From Chrysomallon squamiferum (lineage: Eukaryota > Animalia > Mollusca), in assembly GCA_012295275.1 (NCBI GenBank), contig CM022666.1, forward strand, positions 4,898,001 to 4,962,000: a DNA stretch of 64,000 nucleotides, written 5' to 3'. Below are positions 57,459 through 64,000 of the stretch, in pieces. A program made the position numbers and the translations under genes. Under the pieces are notes generated by a model, which worked only from the letters and a program-made list of their open reading frames with translations, was not told where the DNA came from and made no database searches. How positions within the stretch are numbered: position 1 is the first letter of the stretch; each line of letters begins with the position of its first letter.

Positions 57459-58772
57459 TCCATACCCAGACACTCACACATACATATTATTTAAAATATG
57501 TTTGATACTCTAATAGGATTCTTTGAATAGTTGCCAGAGTTTTTAAATACAACATATTATCACTATGTTAAGCTTTGTTTTTTCCTCCCAAGATGATTTC
57601 CGAGAAGTAATAAATACTCATTTTATTCCTCAACTGGGCTATAAATAGATGTTACGTCTGCCGAATTACTAATGGAAGGATTCACAAAGTTTGAATACAT
57701 TATTATTATTAAATAAATTTGTTGTTGTTGTTATTACTGTTGTTGAAAATGAAAATGAACACGTTTTTTAAATTTCTTTTTTATGTATAGCTAGGTGGGT
57801 TCATTTGCAAGGCAATAGCTTTTATTTTATAAAACGAAAAATAAAGAAAACATTAAATTCAGTTTAAAACACAAACAATTGTTTAGTTAAATAAATGAAT
57901 AAATAAATAAATAAATTAATAAATAAAGTAAAATACCTAAAATAAATAAAAAGTGATAAAAATAAAATGAAATAAATAAATTAATTAACAGAAAAATAAT
58001 AAAATGAAATGAAATCAAATAAATACAGTAAAATAAACAAATAAACAAATAAACAAATAATTAAATAAATAAATAAAGTTTATAGTAGATGTTCGCTCAA
58101 TTCATCGATAAACTTATTCACCTTTTACGCTCAATTCCTCGATAAAATACAAATATATAATTAAAAAATACCCCGCTTTAACGATCTTTTCTTTTTTACA
58201 AATTATATAAATAAAAATGTACTAGTTAGTTGCTCGAAATAAATTGTACAAACGGGTACAATGTATGTGTTTAAGTCCGTTTTTCGTTCAGTCACGCGCT
58301 AAAGCTTCTCTCAGCTGTGTTGATCAGTTGACACGCAGACGTCACACGTGCATGTGGTGTTCAGATTCTCTCTTCTCTTCTGCTTCCATTTAAACTTAAC
58401 ACTTTTATAATTTACTTTTCCAATATGTCAAAACCAATTTGTGCTTGTGCCTGTGTTAATTTTCCACTTTTCTCAGCTTTTCTGTGACTTTCACTCAGTT
58501 TCTAAAAAGAATGTTAATAACCAATTTATCGAATTTACCTATTTCTATATAAAACTTAGTTTTTTCTTTGGTTGTTGTTGCATTTAATGTATTTATAAAA
58601 CAGATGAGTATCGAGTTTAGTATTTCATTTTCCTTTAGATACAGTCTGTGTCAAACAGGATAAAAATGTTTTTAATACCAAAATAAAGACACACATATAA
58701 ATAACATTATTTCAAAAAATAAAGTAAAATCATAAATAACACACACACACGCACACACACACACACACACAT

Positions 58773-58817
<45 letters not shown>

Positions 58818-60778
58818 AACACACAAACACACACACACAGAGAAAAGCGCACAACAGATACTACACAAACAACAGAATATTTTTTCAAACAATTAAAATA
58901 AGACTAGTGGAAAATAATGACATATCTTTCAGAAATATATATTGCCTTTTACTTCCATTTCGTTAACGAAATGATGTTTATATTATTTGTTAGAGACAGC
59001 TGCACTTTAGAGCACCAAAAAGGGATGTTAGAAAGCAAGGCTGCTTTGGTCTGGAGGTTTGAAGAAAAAACAACGAAGTTGTAATAATTGGTTTTCAGTT
59101 GACAGGACGGACTAAATTCCTCGTCGACCCTTGGATTACAGTGTTACTTCTGTTCACGATTTCGACAAGTCATACTAACCGATATATAATAGTACTATCA
59201 CCTGCCTGGAGTTCTAGTCAAAGTTGAGGTTTGTGTACAACAATGAGGGAACTATTATCTGATGTAAACTTAGCTTTCAGGAATCCATGCGCATGCGTAT
59301 TAACAAGCACGCGAAATTGGGTGTTATGTTTTTGGTATTGTGGTCTAGAACAGACACTGACATGCGCAGTTTAGTCAATGACGTGGCAAAGTGGAAGTGT
59401 ACTGATAAAAAATGTTAATATGTAAAGTTATTCAACTTACTGGGTAAAAAACAAATTAAGTTAGGTAAACGTGAATTTTTGAACATCTACAAAGTCATTT
59501 TATACACACGTGTATACTATTATGTATATTTAGTTAATATTCGCACTTAACTATTGCATGACCTTATTCAGAGCAGTGTTCAGATGGAGAAAAACCCAAC
59601 AACAAACAAACACAAAAACAAAATAAAATAACAAATAAAAAAACAATACAAGCAAGTCACACACACACACACACACATACACACACTAATCTATTTTAAG
59701 AATATTGCTTTGTTCAGTTTCCCGTGTGTTGTTTTTATGATAGAAACTAGACTACATCAAGTACATGTGATGTACGTGCATGAACAGAAATAAAGAAAAA
59801 AAAACGTAACAACTGACTATTAACTAGTCACTATTCAACAGTCTAAACCTAAACAAAGTATAAAGAATTTAATGTAGAATATCTACATTATCTATGATTA
59901 CTCTCTGACAGAAAAAATATTTTTATTTTTCGTCATTTCTTTTTAAAATGTTTCAGTTGTTCAACGTGCTTATCTGGACTAGAGATAACAGTGATCACGT
60001 GATTCAAGCAGATTGTAAAATAAGATATCGGTGCAATCAAACGTTAGGTACACATTTCCCAGCCTGAAATCAGTGTATATCTTGAACACGTGGGCCGGGT
60101 ATTTTGTATGACCGTTTATAAACACTGCTCGGGTAGAATTACTTTTAAAGATAATGTACTGGGGATTTTTAAAAGTTTTCCAGTCAGCTACCATTGTTAT
60201 TATTGTCGGGGTTTTTTAGACAGCAAAATCAAACATTGAAGGACGAGAGCATAACTATTAAAACTTAATCATGATACATGTGTGTGTGTGTGGATGTGCA
60301 CGTATGTAGGCGTATCTATATAAGTATATGATATGTACATGGTTATATAACAGCAATATTTAACATACTGTCTTTAAAATATACAAATTATTCACACATA
60401 TCAGAATGTAATTTTGTTAGGTTTAAATTAATTTCTTTTCATGTATCTTTCATTGTCTGATCCTCGCTGGTTTCAAAAAATATTCTTAGCCTGTCAAAAC
60501 CAGATCTGTTAAAAGATGAAAAAGAGAGAGTAAAGAAACATGAATTAATTTCATGGGGTAAGATTAGTTCAAATATAATATGTGTATGTGTGTGCCTGTG
60601 TGTGTTTTTGTATGTGTGTGTGTGTGACTAATTTAACAAATCAATAATTTAACTCATAATGATAACACTAAAGTAACTATAATGATCAGAAACCAAATAA
60701 ATAAATAAATGAATGAATAAATTAATACAAACAACAGCAACAACAACAACATTAACAATAATAATAATAATAATAATA

Positions 60779-60814
<36 letters not shown>

Positions 60815-62769
60815 TCAGCTTGAAAGTCTATGAATCCGTTCTGAAAATTAAAAAATTATATATTTTCAGATATATTGTATATTATACATCACAGTATGTC
60901 AGTTTCATAATATCATGCACATGGTATTTGCTAAGCTGGATCTTTAATATTACATCCTTTGATTTGTAAATTACACCCTTATTGAATTTTGAACAACAGT
61001 AACTACAACAACAACAACAACAACAACAACATATTTATTTATTTATAACAATACTTTTCTGAAAGTCGAGTTCCCGGAGAAAAAGAGAGTACTGATTATT
61101 AATTCTCGGAAAACGTTAACGTGACAAAAATAAGCCAACATCATAATTTAAATACGTTGTTATTTGAAATACTGGCAACTGTCCAAAGAATGTGTACAGT
61201 AAACATTATTTAACAAAATTAATTGAAAAAATATTATCTGTGTATAAAATAAATATGAAATAAATATAATCTCCATATAAATAAAATATATACATTAATT
61301 AATTGAATAAATAGCAACAACAACAATACCAATAAATAAACAAATAAATTATTAATAATAATAATAATAACAACAACAACAACAACAACAGTAGGATTCA
61401 AAGCTTGACAAACATCAAAGAAATCCACTTACAAGTAACATCTATTAAACAAAAGTGTGAACACATGAATAATCTAATAAGAAAAAACTGTGGCAACAAA
61501 AATCCATTGTGTTCTGTATTCAGTGAGGAAACACGTCAAACTTCATCTAAAAAAGTAAAACTATAAGAAAATGCAACAACATTTACAAATCCTAACAATA
61601 TTCTTACATAATACACGCATCACATATTTATATATATTTCTGGTCAATTTGTGAAACCAGTCTTTACATGTAAATCCTGAAATATTCAGTTATTTCATGT
61701 TAAAATGTATTTGTGTGTGTGAAAGCGTACATGCATAAAACCAATAAAATTCATGTTTAATTACCAGTACTATTTTAAGAATCGTTGTCAAAGTGTTTTT
61801 TTAATAATACCCATTTCAACAAGAATGGTGAGCTACATTCTTTGATGTTTGGTCATTAGAATGCAGTCAGTTAGATTTTTGTCAAAACTGGCGAACTTGA
61901 GAAGTCTGAACATTCAGTAAAGGAATAAAGAATAATATAGATGGATAGAATGATTGTAATCGGTCACAACAATCACGTAAGGATTAATACAGAAGAGCAA
62001 ACATCTACATAACTAGATAGACAGTCCGTTCAGTGGACAGCGACCGTTACCCTGGATTTGTTCCAGGATGACTACATTAATTTATTCCGATTATGTGTAA
62101 GATGACAAATCCTGGCTGTAAAATTCTACCACGTGATACTCAGACTGTATCATTTCCTTTTGTTGTTATTTTTTGTCGCTTACTTAACACAGGAATAGAA
62201 GTCAGCAATACTCTTTATTTAACAATAATGACAAAAGTAATCGTAATAATAATAACAACAACAACTACTATTACTACTACTACTACTACTACTATTAAAA
62301 AAACACCAAAAATATAAACATAATAACTTGGCTAATTTTCTTCATAGTATGTTAAATGACTACACATTAACTACGAAACCCACAGCAAATAAATAAATAT
62401 AACAGAAAGAAAAAAAAAGAAATTCAAACAAAGCAGATGTCATCATAAGAATATGATACTTTCTGTTCAAAAGCCTATGTATAAAAGTCAATGACGCACG
62501 TTGCTTTTTTTTCTCTCACAGGTCAGTATGTAAATATTTTACTTATTTCATACGTTATATAAAATTATAATTTCACTTATTTCATACGTTATATATATTT
62601 ATATAAATCTCGCCTTGTCAGGTAAGTATAATGATAGCGATAGAAAATACGGCTTAGTCACATCTGGCAGAATTCCCAGTTCGTCGAAAGGCTAAATGCA
62701 TGTCTTTACCTCAGTCATTATAATGAACTGCTCCAGATTATTTGGAAAGCGATTATTATTGTAGAAATA

Positions 62770-63393
62770 CAGTAACATCTCGCTTAACGATATCCCGCTT
62801 TAACGATCTTTCTTCTTTACAAATTATATCAATAGAAATTTAATTTAATAGTTAATTGCTCGAAATAAATGATACAAATGTATACACTGCATGTTTCGTT
62901 CGTTTTTCGTTCATTCACGAGCTTCTCTCAGATGTGTTGATCAGTTGACACGTCATACGTGCATCTGATATTCTGATTCTCTTTTCTCTTCTGCTTCGAT
63001 TGAGACTTAAACTCGTTTGTAATTTACCCTTCCAATATGTCAAAACGAATAACAGTATATTGGCGAATGCTGATGATAAAAAGAAACGGAAGACAATAAC
63101 TTGAAACCAAACCCACAATGAGCGGCATATAATTATTCATTAATGTATTTGAATGAACTGATTTGTAAATGATTTACTGTTTACTTAATATCTATAATCT
63201 ATTAAATCATTTATGTCTAAACTGCCGTTTTATTTCTCCTTATTTCACCAATTTTTATGTCAGATTTCATCAGCGAGAAAGTAACCACTGCGTTTAACCT
63301 TAATTCTATGTAAATTAGTCTCCCGCTTAACTATACCTCACTTACCTATCGGAAATTTCGAACCAAATACATCTTCAATGTGAGATATTATTA
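62770..63393 (+). mobile_element. Second non-autonomous Tigger/pogo-like element
   Basis: Starts TA|CAGTAACATCTCGCTTAACGAT with a degenerate right TIR; internal MSKR...ADDKKKRKTIT. The paralog at ~19300 reads ADDKTKRKTITLERKHDILNEHK (psq-HTH start). Fragments also at ~7190-7380, ~19025-19590 and ~58170-58435. Confidence 0.65.
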
Positions 63394-64000
63394 TAGTATC
63401 GATATCGCTTATCATATAAAGTACACAAATATGACAAATATCGAAATAATCTATGTATCGAATGTAGTGAATGTAAATAATTATAAAAGAAGGTATTCAT
63501 CTAAAAGTATTCTCACCCTATAACTATTTCACCCTAAAACTTTCTTTTGTTGCATTTTATATATTTATAAAACAGATGAGTATCAAGTTTAGTATTTCAT
63601 TTTCCTTTAGATACAGTCTGTGTCAAACAAGATTAAAATGTTATTAATACCAAGATAAAGAACCACACACAAATAACATTATTTCAAAAAATAAAAGTAA
63701 AATAATAAATAAAACCACACACACACATACACACACTCACACACACACACTCACACACACACCGTGATCTATTTAAGAATTTTGCCAGGAGTTGTTTTTA
63801 TGATAGAAACTAGACTACGTCAAATACCTGTGATGTAAATGATATGCAGTGTTTTGTATGAGTGTCAAGTTGATGTAATAACTGGTGGCTGACAAAGCGT
63901 TCACGACCCCTGAACAGTAGCAGCGTGAATGAAGCAGACAGAGAAATGAGATCACACGTTAGATAAACATTTCACAGACAGCGAGGTCACGTTACCTGTA

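Larger units (their letters stand above)
49260..59010 (+). repeat. Segmental duplication of ~300-8090 (TNF gene plus upstream region), with internal re-duplication of ~51520-53040 at ~53210-55350
   Basis: Collinear, highly similar blocks: gene, LTR, satellite, FLYWCH remnant, (AC)n and Tigger fragment in the same order. Confidence 0.85.

Noticed and set aside
60757-60813. (AAT)n(ATT)n palindrome as a functional hairpin or cruciform
   Set aside because: Juxtaposed microsatellites, common in this genome; no independent support.

Overview
Eukaryotic, very AT-rich, microsatellite-dense DNA with GT-AG introns; it looks like an invertebrate, probably a mollusc (inferred from composition and TNF architecture). 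The window is a mosaic of local segmental duplications around a tandem cluster of TNF-superfamily ligand genes on the minus strand. Three copies (320-2239, 31495-33467, 49277-51210) can be spliced by hand into intact 264-aa ORFs with identical 4-exon structure (261+37+108+389 nt). Two copies are frameshifted or truncated pseudogenes, and several collapsed remnants remain. The proteins have a signal-peptide-like N-terminus with no cytoplasmic tail, a 6-Cys stalk module, a tandemly duplicated stalk exon and loop-clustered amino-acid differences. Copies 1 and 3 have a same-strand Gypsy-like LTR/PBS-Pro/gag remnant where copy 2 has its native 5'UTR exons. Exons of a second, multi-pass membrane-protein gene are interleaved and co-duplicated. 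The rest is Tigger/pogo, MULE-FLYWCH and hAT remnants, minisatellites and microsatellites. All gene models are manual predictions without transcript evidence.
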